This document shows, piece by piece, positions 47,805 to 57,682 of a DNA stretch of 64,000 nucleotides (positions are counted from its first letter, which is position 1; each line of letters begins with the position of its first letter). Location: positions 1 to 64,000 of the forward strand of contig JASFLY010000012.1 of assembly GCA_050117845.1 (NCBI GenBank), read 5' to 3'. Below the pieces are notes generated by a model. That model was not told the origin of the DNA. It worked only from the letters and a program-made list of their open reading frames with translations, and made no database searches. This DNA comes from Candidatus Zixiibacteriota bacterium. Lineage in GTDB: Bacteria > RBG-13-66-14 > B26-G2 > WVWN01. The position numbers and the translations under genes were made by a program.

Positions 47805-47833
47805 ATTATATATTATTCTACGGCTTGAGTCAA
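47805..47833 (-). promoter_or_regulatory. sigma70 promoter of the protease operon
   Basis: TTGACT-17 bp-TATAAT with an AT-rich upstream region. Confidence 0.75.
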
Positions 47834-47933
47834 ACCGTTACTCATATATTCTATTATAATATACTTTTTTCAGGCCGAACGCAAGGGAATCCCGACGGAA
47901 TAACGTATTTTCCGGGATAAATTCGCGGCGCTA

Positions 47934-48926
47934 TCACCCGCAACGTAACATATCGACAAAGGTCTCGAGGCGCAGCCGTTGTTGGGCGGAAAGGGGGCCG
48001 GGCCGCTCTCCCTCAAGCGTCAGGACCGGGACCGGCGCGCCCCGCCGTATCAGTATATCCTGGATGCCGCGGTAGCAGAAAGCCTGCACATAGTGCAATA
48101 AGCCGTCGACGTGGCGCCGTTCCACCTCCCGGCCTATATCGGCCAGCCGGGGGCCGGTGCCGTAAGGATACGTGTACGCGGCGTAGGCGGCGGCTAGGTC
48201 GTCGCCCCCGGCGAGCAGCGCGAATTGGCGCGGCGTCTCGTTGAATACGACGGCGGCGGCCAGGTCGGCGAGGAACTCGAAGAGGTCGTCGTTTATCGGC
48301 GGGACGCCCACTACGCCCAACCGCGGCTTTTGGGCGGCCCCCGCCTTGCGGCCCCGGGCCTCCTCCAGAAAGGCCGTCACGTCGGCCTCGAACCGCTCGA
48401 CGCCGCCGGCGAAGTCGCCGGCCCGGAGCAGCCAGTCGAAGTTCTCCCGGCCCGTAACGACGCCCTCCCGCCAGGTCAACTCGTCCAGTTCGGCCAGGGC
48501 GCGCCGGCTCACTTTCAGTTTGTCGAAAACGCCCTCCGCCGCCGGGACGGTGGTCCCGACCTCCGCGGCCAGCTCCTCCAGGGCCGTGGCCATCGCGCGG
48601 CGCTCGGGCCGGGGCGGGAAGGCGAAACCCAATACGTCGACGCCCTCGTCGGCCAGCACCTCCCCCAACGCGACGGCGTTGGAACAGTCGCCGCCGGTCA
48701 CGACCGCGACCCGGCCTATCCCCTCCGCGCGGACGGTCGCGTATATGCCCTTTATCCAGGCGCAGGTGTTGCGGGGGAAGCCGGCGCCTTCGGCTTCGCT
48801 GACCGCGCCTTCCGGGTCCGGCAAGCCTATAAATAAGTTATTGAGGTCCACCGGCTCGAAACCCGCCGCCAGCAGGACCTCAATCGGGAGCGTCGTCGTT
48901 ATCCCTATTCGCGTGTCGGCAGTCAT
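47934..48926 (-). CDS. 2-hydroxyacyl-CoA dehydratase (HgdD/BcrBC)-family protein
   Basis: P.EVL.AAG..PV, CAWIKG, GGDCS, DG.LHY..AFC, P.LTLE, RLETF. Confidence 0.8.
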   Translation of the reverse strand: MTADTRIGITTTLPIEVLLAAGFEPVDLNNLFIGLPDPEGAVSEAEGAGFPRNTCAWIKGIYATVRAEGIGRVAVVTGGDCSNAVALGEVLADEGVDVLGFAFPPRPERRAMATALEELAAEVGTTVPAAEGVFDKLKVSRRALAELDELTWREGVVTGRENFDWLLRAGDFAGGVERFEADVTAFLEEARGRKAGAAQKPRLGVVGVPPINDDLFEFLADLAAAVVFNETPRQFALLAGGDDLAAAYAAYTYPYGTGPRLADIGREVERRHVDGLLHYVQAFCYRGIQDILIRRGAPVPVLTLEGERPGPLSAQQRLRLETFVDMLRCG

Positions 48927-48938
48927 CGGCTCCGGCCC

Positions 48939-49742
48939 TTATTCCCCTTCCGGTTCCGACCCGCCTTCCTCTCCGCTTTCCCGGATATAGGAGTAATTGG
49001 CGCCGTGCCGGCGCTTGCCGCCGAAGCCGGAGCCCCGGGCCGCCCGCTTGATGTCCTCGTAAGACATCTCGGACCACGTTTCCCGGGAGACGCCGGTCTT
49101 GACGCGTGCCAACATCTCCTGCTCCACGCTGTAGGTCAACTCGGTGTTCCGGGGACTCTGCCAGACGATGCGGTAAATAGCGTGGCCGGGCTTATCCTCC
49201 ATCAGGTCGAGCAGAGCCTGGGCCTGCCGGCCCGAATCGAACATCCGGCCGCGGTTCCCGAGATACAACGTCTCCTCGGTCTGCGAAGTTATCTCGGGAC
49301 CCTCTCCTTCTATCCCTTCCGGGGAAAGGAGATCGTCCGAGATCTCGAGTTCGCAGAATCCCGGCCGGTTAACGCGCAGGCTGGCGACGAGGGCATGGGC
49401 GTCCACCTCGGGCGAACGGGCCCGGTTGACGTCGAAGTAGACGTTTATCCACACGATGTCGTACTCGTCGTAGCGCTCTTTGTCGAAGTAGTTCAGGAGC
49501 CGCTCGATGTCGCGGGCGGAGGTCGATGGGTCGACGGCGATGTTCATACGGACCGACGGTTCCGCGGCGTCGTCGTCCACGTCCATCTTGCCGACGACGT
49601 ACTCGACGGGCGGCGGCGTATAATCGGTCGCCGGGGCCGCGGTCTCCGCGGTCCCCTCCTCTCCCCCCTTGCACCCGGCCGCGACGGCCGCGACGACCAT
49701 AAGCGGTAGAACGATATGCCGTATCTTCAAAATCGGTTTCAC
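48939..49742 (-). CDS. Hypothetical lipoprotein
   Basis: Lipobox AAGC after a hydrophobic stretch. Confidence 0.7.
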   Translation of the reverse strand: MKPILKIRHIVLPLMVVAAVAAGCKGGEEGTAETAAPATDYTPPPVEYVVGKMDVDDDAAEPSVRMNIAVDPSTSARDIERLLNYFDKERYDEYDIVWINVYFDVNRARSPEVDAHALVASLRVNRPGFCELEISDDLLSPEGIEGEGPEITSQTEETLYLGNRGRMFDSGRQAQALLDLMEDKPGHAIYRIVWQSPRNTELTYSVEQEMLARVKTGVSRETWSEMSYEDIKRAARGSGFGGKRRHGANYSYIRESGEEGGSEPEGE

Positions 49743-49746
49743 CCCT

Positions 49747-50523
49747 TTAACTAAGGAGCCGGAACGCGAGCGCCAGACCCTCCAGCGTCAACGCTCCGGC
49801 GATTTCCGGCGTGGTCCTCATAAGCGGCGCCACCACGGCGGCCAGGCCGCCGGTGGCGACCAGAGCCCCGGCTTCGCCCCTCTCCTCGCGTATGGCCTCC
49901 ACGATGCCGTCGGCGGCGCGCGCCGCCCCCAGGACGACGCCGGCGCGCAGGGCCTCGTCGGTGTTGCGGCCCACCACCCTCGGCGGCATCGTAAGGTCCA
50001 CCGCGTCGAGCCGGGCCGCCCGGGCGAAGAGGTTCTCGGCCGAGACGGCGACCCCCGGGGCGATGACGCCACCCACGTAAGCCCCATCCGCGGACAGAAC
50101 GTCGAAGGTGGTGGCGGTGCCGAAATCCACCGCTATGGCCGGGGCGCCGTGGAGTTCGCGTAGCGCGAGGGCGTTGACGACCCGGTCCGGCCCCACCTCG
50201 GCCACGTTGTCGTAACGCACCTCGAGGCCCAAGTCCTCGTAGTCGCCCTCCACCACGACGGGACCGACGCCGAAGTAGCGCCGCAGGGCCTCGGCCAGCC
50301 GCGGCGTCAGCGGCGGTACGACCGAACACATTACGGACGGCACCGGCACCTCGACCTCCACGCCGCGGAGACGGAGTATCTCCCGGAGCCCGACGCCGTA
50401 CTCGTCGGCGGTGCGACCCCGGCCGCTCGAGAGCGTGAACTGCACGCCGAGGCGGCCTTCAATAAAATAGCCGCCGGCAATGGACGTATTGCCGACGTCG
50501 AGCGCGAGCAGGCTTTCGGTCAT
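49747..50523 (-). CDS. coaX: Type III pantothenate kinase
   Basis: LDVGNT, SVVP, VGPDR, VDFGTATT, GG.IAPG, ATGG. Confidence 0.95.
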   Translation of the reverse strand: MTESLLALDVGNTSIAGGYFIEGRLGVQFTLSSGRGRTADEYGVGLREILRLRGVEVEVPVPSVMCSVVPPLTPRLAEALRRYFGVGPVVVEGDYEDLGLEVRYDNVAEVGPDRVVNALALRELHGAPAIAVDFGTATTFDVLSADGAYVGGVIAPGVAVSAENLFARAARLDAVDLTMPPRVVGRNTDEALRAGVVLGAARAADGIVEAIREERGEAGALVATGGLAAVVAPLMRTTPEIAGALTLEGLALAFRLLS

Positions 50524-50590
50524 ATCCCTACGGTCTGTCCCGGAATCGAAACGGGCCGTCCTTCGCCGGGCCCCGGGCCCGGCCGGCGGC

Positions 50591-50791
50591 CTACTTCGAC
50601 CCGCTTTCCTTGGCTTCCTTCTCGTCCGCCTCTTCGGTGATGCTGTTGCTTATCTCCCGCGAGGTCTTCTTGAACTCGCGGATGCCCTTCCCCAGGCCCC
50701 GGCCGATTTCCGGCAGGCGCTTGGCGCCGAACAACAGAAGCGCGATTAGAAGGATTAAAAGGATTTCCTGTATGCCTATCGAACCGAACAT
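50591..50791 (-). CDS. tatA: Twin-arginine translocase TatA/E
   Basis: E...I...[26 protein letters not shown]; start re-called to ATG 50791. Confidence 0.93.
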   Translation of the reverse strand: MFGSIGIQEILLILLIALLLFGAKRLPEIGRGLGKGIREFKKTSREISNSITEEADEKEAKESGSK

Positions 50792-50848
50792 TTCGCTCTT
50801 CCCCGGCGTAAGGGTCCGGCCCGCGGGCCGAACCACACCGCGTATTCG

Positions 50849-51823
50849 TTAAAAGTTAAAAGACACCGAAGCCCGGTGGCTGCTCTCGAGGCCGGTGTCG
50901 GACAGGTACGCGTAATCGACGCCCATTCCCACGCCGAGCGCCCGGACCGTCACGCCGGCGCCCCCGGCGAGCGCGCTCCGCTCGCTGCCGAGCCGCACGG
51001 CGACCGTCCGGCGATACCACCATTCCGCTCCGCCGCTGAAGTCGAAGCTGGCGTCCCCGGCGGCGACGTGCGCGGCTTCGCCGTAGCCCGCGAACTTGAC
51101 GTCGGTACCGGCCGCGAACGTGAACTCGCTGTCCCAGTCGGCGACCGGTAGGGAGTACGACGCGCCCAGTTTCAGGTTGGTCGGTATGGTCTCCTCGGTC
51201 CCGGTGTCCCAACTGAGCGCCGAGAAGACGTTCTGGGCGTTAAGGCCGACGCGGAACGGCCCGAAGGGCCCGGCCAAAGCGCCCACATCGAACGAGTATC
51301 CGGACGACCCGGCGTCGTCGAACTCGTGGTCGCCCATGATGTAAATGGCGTTAGCGCCGACGGACAACCACGGCAACAGCGGCCGGCCGTAGGAGCCGTA
51401 GAACGCGTAGTCGGCCCAGTTGAAGTAGCCCTTGAACACGGGCCGGGAAGTCGGGTCTCCCGGGATCTCCCGGACCGACCACTTGATGTCGTCGACCCCC
51501 AGGCGGAGCATGCCGCCGCCCACGGTTCCGGCGTTTCCGAGATTATAGGCGCCGAATACGGTGTCGTAGGTCGCGAGGCCGTTGAAGGTGTAGGAATGCA
51601 TGGCCGAGAAGGCCCCCCGCTCCACCGCCGGCATCCCCGCCGGATTCCAGTAGGGGGCCGTCGCGTCGTCGGCCACGGCGACAAACGCGCCGCCCATCCC
51701 CAGCGCCCGGGCCCCGGCGCCGTACGTCATCCAATCGGCGGAGTACTTGTCGGCGGCGCCCGCGGCCGCCACGGCCATCCCGATTATTATCGCTATGAGC
51801 AGTCTTCTCATATCGCCCGCCAT
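50849..51823 (-). CDS. PorV/PorQ-family (FadL-like) outer-membrane barrel
   Basis: GARALGMGGAFVAVADDATA.YWNPAG; C-terminal DYAY...L..SHR.S..F. Confidence 0.85.
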   Translation of the reverse strand: MAGDMRRLLIAIIIGMAVAAAGAADKYSADWMTYGAGARALGMGGAFVAVADDATAPYWNPAGMPAVERGAFSAMHSYTFNGLATYDTVFGAYNLGNAGTVGGGMLRLGVDDIKWSVREIPGDPTSRPVFKGYFNWADYAFYGSYGRPLLPWLSVGANAIYIMGDHEFDDAGSSGYSFDVGALAGPFGPFRVGLNAQNVFSALSWDTGTEETIPTNLKLGASYSLPVADWDSEFTFAAGTDVKFAGYGEAAHVAAGDASFDFSGGAEWWYRRTVAVRLGSERSALAGGAGVTVRALGVGMGVDYAYLSDTGLESSHRASVSFNF

Positions 51824-51824
51824 T

Positions 51825-54800
51825 TTATCTCAGTTTGACCAGCTTCTCCCGGGCGACGATCTTCTGGTCGCCGGCCCGGGCGATGATTTTATAGAAATAT
51901 ACGCCGTTGGCGATGGCGTCGCCCTCGCGGTCGCGGCCATCCCAGTATATCTGGTGATAGCCAGCCGGGATGCCGCCGGCCTCGATTTTTTGAATCAAGC
52001 GGCCGGTGGCGGTATAAATTTTCACGACCAGGCTGTCGACGTCCGTCGACGTGACGAGCGTGAAGTACGTATCGTCGGCGAAGGGGTTGGGGCAATTCAT
52101 AACCTCGGTGAGCGCCAATGAGCCGCTCACGACGCAATTGACGGTGCGCTCGGTTCGGTTGCCCAGGCCGTCGTGGGCGGTGACGGTGATGCGGTGGTTG
52201 CCCTCGCCCAGGGCCAATTTCTTCGTTACGCTCCCCGCGCGGTAGTCGCCCTCTTCGGGTTTATAATAATAAGTCAGGTCCAGAGGCGCTTCCTGGTCAA
52301 CCGTAACGTAGAGCGGTACGTACGTCGTTTCGCCCGGCGCAATGGCCTCCAGGTTCCGGGCAACGAGGACGCCGCTGTCGTCCCGCAGATCGACAAGGAG
52401 TTCCGGCGTCGGGCCGGTGGCGTCGCCGCTGCGGAAAGAGTAATCTTCCAGGTAAATATCGACGTCGGGGCCCGCGACGTCACTCGAGTTGACCTCGCCG
52501 GAGACGTTTATCGTTACCGATTCGTTGCACACGTAGGTTTGGCGGAAGCCGTTCCCGTACGCGACCGCTTTTATGTACGCCACGCCGTCCTCGGCTACGT
52601 CCTCGAGCGAGGAATCCGTGTAGGGCGTCGCCACTCCGGCCGGGGGAGCGGCCGGCCTTCCCTCGGCGTCGGTCGCGGCCTCAGCCGAATCCGTCGCCGC
52701 CGCGGCGGTAGTCACCGGTACGCTATCGACTTCCTCCGGCACCGGGTTCTCGGGGACGACCGGCACGACGACCGTCGCCTCGAAGCGGCCGTTAACAACC
52801 TCCACCTCGGTTGAAGACAACAACCGGTCCCGGTATACGTCGTAAGAATTGTCGTAGCTGTAAAAATACCAGGGCCGGTCGAAGAGCGAGACCGTCGCCT
52901 TTCCGTTAAAATTATTCGGGACGGTGCCCGAGACGCGGAAGGTCCCTCCCCGAGCCACGGTATTGCGGTTGGGCGTCAATACGAGGCCGGGCCGCGGTAT
53001 AGCCAGCGTCATGGACGGGTCGCCGAGGAGGGTAAACATCCGGGTAATGGTATCGTCGGCCGCTTCCACTTTCCCGACGAAATGGGCTTCCCCCACCGTT
53101 ACGCCGGCGTTCCGTAGCGCCTGATTCGGGAAAAGGTGACCGTAAAAGCCTTCCAGGAATTTTTTCTGGCCGCCCTCGGTCCCCAGTCGCGTCGACCCCA
53201 TCGAGGCGACGGCGGCGGTCCGGGGTTGTTGCAACAGGTACTCGCTGATGCTCTGGCCGTAGTCGAGGGGGTTGGTTTCTATAACCCCCACCCACTGATC
53301 GAAATAACAGGTGGAGCAGGAACATTGGATAACGACCGGGAGGAAGGTATAATTCTCGAGGTAGTAGATATCGTCGATCGGCGGTTTATTTTTATGGTGG
53401 ACCAGTAAGTCCTCGTGGGCCCAGACCTGGGGGCCGCCGTGGCCGGCGAAATGGACGATGAGTGCGTCGAAACTTCTGCGCAAGTCCGGCCTCAAGTAAT
53501 CGTCAACGTGTTTTTTCCTTACACCGCGGTCTAGTTCGTCGAAATATTTCTTTTCGAACGTATCGTGATTAAAACGCCGGTTCAGCCATTCGATATTTAA
53601 CTTACGGGCCTCGTAGCCTTGGGGTACGAAGTCGGCCTCGAGTTCCTCGTTATCGCGCGTGAAGAACCCGCCGCCTCCCCCTGACGAAACCTTATCGTCG
53701 TTATCGGCGCAGAGGACGACCCGGCTGTTCCACGGGCCGTTGACAGCGTCCCGCCGGTAGCCGACGATTTTATCCACGATGGCGTCTATATTCTCCTCGA
53801 AGGGAGCCGACAGGCGGCCGACGGCGAGGTCGGGGGCCTCGCTCTCGCTCATGGAGACGAAGACATTATCGGACGCGGCCCGGCCGCTGGACGAGGACCT
53901 TACGTAATAGGTCGGGACCAGATTGCGGCCGTACTCCCGCCACAACTTCTTGCCCACGAAGCGGCGGAGGTTATCGCGATGGTCGGTAAACGCGTCGCCC
54001 ACCAGCAGGAGGTGATCGGGCAAGGTCCCGCCGGGGCGGTATATGGCTTTGCGGTAATAGTCCTTTACGATATGGCGTACCGCCCCCGGGTCGTAGAGGC
54101 CCCAGGAATACTCGTCGTAGACGTCGGATACGCGGGCCACGACGACGTTGAGGCCCTCGGCCCGGCGCTGGTTGACGAGCGGCATAACGTTGTCGTAAAA
54201 ACCGTCGTACACGACGACGATCATGTCGACGTTTTCGTCGACGTCGCGTAACCGGGAACCCGCGTCGAGGTAGTAATCCACCGGCTTACGGTTGGCCACG
54301 GTCGACGTCGCCGCGACGTAGAAGCGCCGGCCGGAAGGTATGTTATCGGTGAAGCGTAGGGTGTACTCGTTCCCCTCGGCCTGAACGTCGAACGCCGTCA
54401 GGCGGCGGCCACGGGTTACGTCGTACAGCACCAGGTCGTCGGTCGTGAATCCCTTCACCTCGAACAGGATATCGCCGCTGTGCTCGGGGAGATTCGAGAA
54501 ACGAATATAATTCTCGTCGGCCCGCAGGTACCGCGGGTACTCGAACTCGAAGTGGTCGAGCGCGATGACGCTCCGCTCTCCCGTCGGGTCCTTTTCTTCG
54601 AAGTACACGCGGTTCTGGCCGTTTAGGAGTAACCGTGTCGCGAAGGTTCCGCGGAGGAAAGTTTCCGGACGGGCCGAGTAGTCTTCCGCCTTGAATATTT
54701 CGCGTTCGGGGGTACCGTAGTTTAGATATATAAACGTATTATGGGGGCCGTTCAACGTGCCGTAACCCTTCTCCTCCCGTACCATCATCTGGAAATGAGT

Positions 54801-56258
54801 CGGGGGGGCGTTCGAAGTCGACACCGGGTCGGGCACCGAGAACGGCGCCAGCGCCGAAGGGCCGTACGGAGCGTTGAAGGTCCGCCAGTACCAGAATTCG
54901 TCGTCCATGTCGTATTCGGTCTCGCCCTCCGCTTTGTCCTGGTTGTCCTCCTCCACGCGGATGCGATGCCAGAAATACGTGGGCCTCGTCCCGCCGGCCG
55001 GGGGTACGGCGAGGTCGGTCATCCTTTTCCCGGGGTCGTCGCCGGCGACCAACCAGTATACGTTGTAGCGCGTGAAGCGGTCTTTCGAAAACTCGAAGGA
55101 GCCGTTCTCGTTCGGCGTTACGGCCTTGAAGAAGTCGCAGCCGTGGCCGAAGAACTCCACGTAGTCGCCGGCGTCAAAACGGCCGTCGCCCTCGCCCGCC
55201 ACGTATAACGGGATTTCGGTCAGGCCGTCGGGTTCGTAAAAGAAATCGCGGGGGAGACTCTGGGCCGGGCCTGTGTAGAGGCGGAGGTTGCGGGGGTCCC
55301 AAGTGGACACCGGGTATCCCGCCCGGTCGAGTTCCTCGTAAGTTAACCGGTACAGCCCCTCTTTTTCGACTACGATTTTCATGGCCGCCTTATCGGCGAA
55401 GTCCGTGGGCCATATCCCGGCGTCGAGGGCGGGCGCAAGGCCGCCGGCGAAAGGCCAGGCCGCCGCGTCTTCCCAGTTGACCACGATGGAAGGAATGGTG
55501 CGAGAGAATATACCCTCTTCGGCCGGCCGGGCCGGGTAACGCGTGTTGGCGCGGCGAACGCCGCCGGCGAAGGAAACGCGCACCACGACGCTTTTGGCCA
55601 CCTTGAGCGTCGCCGTCTTGGCGTCGTACTGATAGGGCATTACCGCCACCGACAGCAAGCGGTATCCCCGGACAATGTCCTGTCCCGCGAGTTCGGCGAA
55701 ACGACTCGGGTAAACGCCGTCGCGATAGGACTGGGCGTCGAATTCGAAAACTTCGCGGAGCTGCTGTTCGCCGTGGCGCTCCTCGGCCTCGAGCCGGGGT
55801 CGCGGGCACAGCTTGACGCCCGTCATTACGTCGTACGAGACGCGCTCCACCGTTACGGAAACGTCCGCCTCGGGCGGCGCCGCGACACGGACGTGCCGCG
55901 CCAGCAGTTCGGGCCCGCCGACTGCGCCGGCCGAACCGTAACGGCTTAAATGGAAGCGGTCGTAGGTCCGCCCGTCGATCTCGACCTCGTCCCGGTCGAG
56001 TTCCGGTATTTTTACCTCGAAGGTACAGCCGTTTTCGCCCGACGAGAGAAGGACGACCTCGTTCTCGTCGGAATCTTTATCTCCGGAGGCCGGGTCACCG
56101 ATTGCCACGGCGGGGGGTACCGTTCCCCCGTCGTCGGCGTCCCCCGTCGGATAACTTACGGCCCCGGTCGGGGGCGCCCATGCCGTAGAGCCGGGCGGCC
56201 CCGCGGCCCACGCTCCGCCAACCATACCTATTAAGAGGATAACGGCGCTTTTTCTCAT
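51825..56258 (-). CDS. PorU-like C25 (gingipain-family) cysteine peptidase/sortase with propeptide and FlgD-type C-terminal domain
   Basis: EGLYRLTY, D..EF.G, IYDE-like VYDEYS, LLLVGD, VGRL, FAGHGG (His), CSCST (Cys), LLGDP, D..GP, N.PNPF, WDGRD..GD..ANGVY.Y. Confidence 0.88.
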   Translation of the reverse strand: MRKSAVILLIGMVGGAWAAGPPGSTAWAPPTGAVSYPTGDADDGGTVPPAVAIGDPASGDKDSDENEVVLLSSGENGCTFEVKIPELDRDEVEIDGRTYDRFHLSRYGSAGAVGGPELLARHVRVAAPPEADVSVTVERVSYDVMTGVKLCPRPRLEAEERHGEQQLREVFEFDAQSYRDGVYPSRFAELAGQDIVRGYRLLSVAVMPYQYDAKTATLKVAKSVVVRVSFAGGVRRANTRYPARPAEEGIFSRTIPSIVVNWEDAAAWPFAGGLAPALDAGIWPTDFADKAAMKIVVEKEGLYRLTYEELDRAGYPVSTWDPRNLRLYTGPAQSLPRDFFYEPDGLTEIPLYVAGEGDGRFDAGDYVEFFGHGCDFFKAVTPNENGSFEFSKDRFTRYNVYWLVAGDDPGKRMTDLAVPPAGGTRPTYFWHRIRVEEDNQDKAEGETEYDMDDEFWYWRTFNAPYGPSALAPFSVPDPVSTSNAPPTHFQMMVREEKGYGTLNGPHNTFIYLNYGTPEREIFKAEDYSARPETFLRGTFATRLLLNGQNRVYFEEKDPTGERSVIALDHFEFEYPRYLRADENYIRFSNLPEHSGDILFEVKGFTTDDLVLYDVTRGRRLTAFDVQAEGNEYTLRFTDNIPSGRRFYVAATSTVANRKPVDYYLDAGSRLRDVDENVDMIVVVYDGFYDNVMPLVNQRRAEGLNVVVARVSDVYDEYSWGLYDPGAVRHIVKDYYRKAIYRPGGTLPDHLLLVGDAFTDHRDNLRRFVGKKLWREYGRNLVPTYYVRSSSSGRAASDNVFVSMSESEAPDLAVGRLSAPFEENIDAIVDKIVGYRRDAVNGPWNSRVVLCADNDDKVSSGGGGGFFTRDNEELEADFVPQGYEARKLNIEWLNRRFNHDTFEKKYFDELDRGVRKKHVDDYLRPDLRRSFDALIVHFAGHGGPQVWAHEDLLVHHKNKPPIDDIYYLENYTFLPVVIQCSCSTCYFDQWVGVIETNPLDYGQSISEYLLQQPRTAAVASMGSTRLGTEGGQKKFLEGFYGHLFPNQALRNAGVTVGEAHFVGKVEAADDTITRMFTLLGDPSMTLAIPRPGLVLTPNRNTVARGGTFRVSGTVPNNFNGKATVSLFDRPWYFYSYDNSYDVYRDRLLSSTEVEVVNGRFEATVVVPVVPENPVPEEVDSVPVTTAAAATDSAEAATDAEGRPAAPPAGVATPYTDSSLEDVAEDGVAYIKAVAYGNGFRQTYVCNESVTINVSGEVNSSDVAGPDVDIYLEDYSFRSGDATGPTPELLVDLRDDSGVLVARNLEAIAPGETTYVPLYVTVDQEAPLDLTYYYKPEEGDYRAGSVTKKLALGEGNHRITVTAHDGLGNRTERTVNCVVSGSLALTEVMNCPNPFADDTYFTLVTSTDVDSLVVKIYTATGRLIQKIEAGGIPAGYHQIYWDGRDREGDAIANGVYFYKIIARAGDQKIVAREKLVKLR

Positions 56259-56338
56259 ATTACCTCGCAATGCGATTATCGTTCCCTTATATCCGCGAAA
56301 ACTAGCATACCGGAAGTAAAATCGCAAGGCAAATTGCT

Positions 56339-57682
56339 TTACTTTAAAACGCTTTTCAGAAATTCTGCCAAAACCGCAACCTGCGTACGCCTATTATATG
56401 TATCAATTACTCCAGCCTTCGTTTCATATTCTTTTACGCCCCCGGCCGCGGCCGAGAAGCGAGCCATAAACCCGTCGGCCACGGCGGCCGGGTTATCCGG
56501 CGCGACGACCGTCGCCCCCTCCGTCGTCCCGGATATTATATCGGCGGCCTCGCCCGGCGGAATCGCGGCCAGGATAGGCCGGCCGGCCCCGAGGTACTCG
56601 TAGAGTTTACCCGGCACGAGCGACGCCCCTTCCTCCCGCGACATAGCGAGTACCAGAAGGTCGGCGCCGAGGCAGGCCCGCATCGCGTCGGCGTGGCGGA
56701 CGTAGCCGGTCGAGAATACGACGTCCGCCAGGCCCAGCTCCTCGGCCAGCGCCAGGTCGTCAGAACGGTTGATGCCCAGCAGATACAGCCGGGCCCGGGC
56801 GGCGAACTCGGGACTGCGGGCCCGCGCTCCGGCTAAACCTTCCAGTATCGCCCGGGCTCGCCGGCCGCCGCGGAACGAGCCGTTATGGACCATGACGTAA
56901 TCGTCGGCGTGCGCGGCCGGCAGCGGTTCGCCGAAGTCGGCAGGGTCGAAGCCGTTGCGGAGGACGAGGAGGGACAGCGGGCGGCCGGCCAGAGACTCCA
57001 TCGCCGGGGCCATCCCCTCCGTATTGGCGATAACGCCGTCGGCCCGGCGGAGTACCCATTTCTCGAGCAATTTGTTTACCCAACGATGGTAAGCGAAGAG
57101 GCGGCGCCGGAGGTGGTGGCGACTCCAGGCGTCGCGGAAGTCCGCGACCCACCGGCAGCCCGTCATCAACTTCAGGGCGAGGCCCACCAGGTGGCAGGAC
57201 TCCGGCGGCGACGTCGTCAGGACGACGTCGAAGCGCCGGCGCCGCAGAAGCCGTATCGCCCGGGCCAAGGCGAAGGGGACCCAGCCTACTTGCGTATCGG
57301 GCAAAAACAGGTGATCCGTCAGCGTTTTATAGAGGCGGCCGGCGGTCGACGCCGGCCGGGCGGCGTTTCCGGCGGCCCGGCGCTCGAGGTCGGCGAAACT
57401 TTCGGGAGGCGACGGGAGGGGCGGCGGCCGCCATCCCAGAAGCCAGTTCAGCCGCAGCGGCTCCAGGCTCCCCGGCCGGTGTACCGGCACGTCGGGGATT
57501 TCGTCGAGGAGGGAGGGGTCGTAGGCGTGGTACCGGATATCCCGGACCGTCAGGACCTCGACCTCCCAACCGAATTCCCGCAGATAGCGGGCGAACTTGA
57601 CGGGGCGGTGGACGCCGCCGCTGCCCGTGGGCGGGAAGTTGTGGGAGACGAGAAGGACGCGTTTTTTAGCGGCCGGCGACAT
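56339..57682 (-). CDS. GT4-family glycosyltransferase
   Basis: FPP..SGG..R..KF..YL, TSPP, DFRD.W, NGFD, PGKLYEYL..GRPIL; start ATG 57682. Confidence 0.9.
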   Translation of the reverse strand: MSPAAKKRVLLVSHNFPPTGSGGVHRPVKFARYLREFGWEVEVLTVRDIRYHAYDPSLLDEIPDVPVHRPGSLEPLRLNWLLGWRPPPLPSPPESFADLERRAAGNAARPASTAGRLYKTLTDHLFLPDTQVGWVPFALARAIRLLRRRRFDVVLTTSPPESCHLVGLALKLMTGCRWVADFRDAWSRHHLRRRLFAYHRWVNKLLEKWVLRRADGVIANTEGMAPAMESLAGRPLSLLVLRNGFDPADFGEPLPAAHADDYVMVHNGSFRGGRRARAILEGLAGARARSPEFAARARLYLLGINRSDDLALAEELGLADVVFSTGYVRHADAMRACLGADLLVLAMSREEGASLVPGKLYEYLGAGRPILAAIPPGEAADIISGTTEGATVVAPDNPAAVADGFMARFSAAAGGVKEYETKAGVIDTYNRRTQVAVLAEFLKSVLK

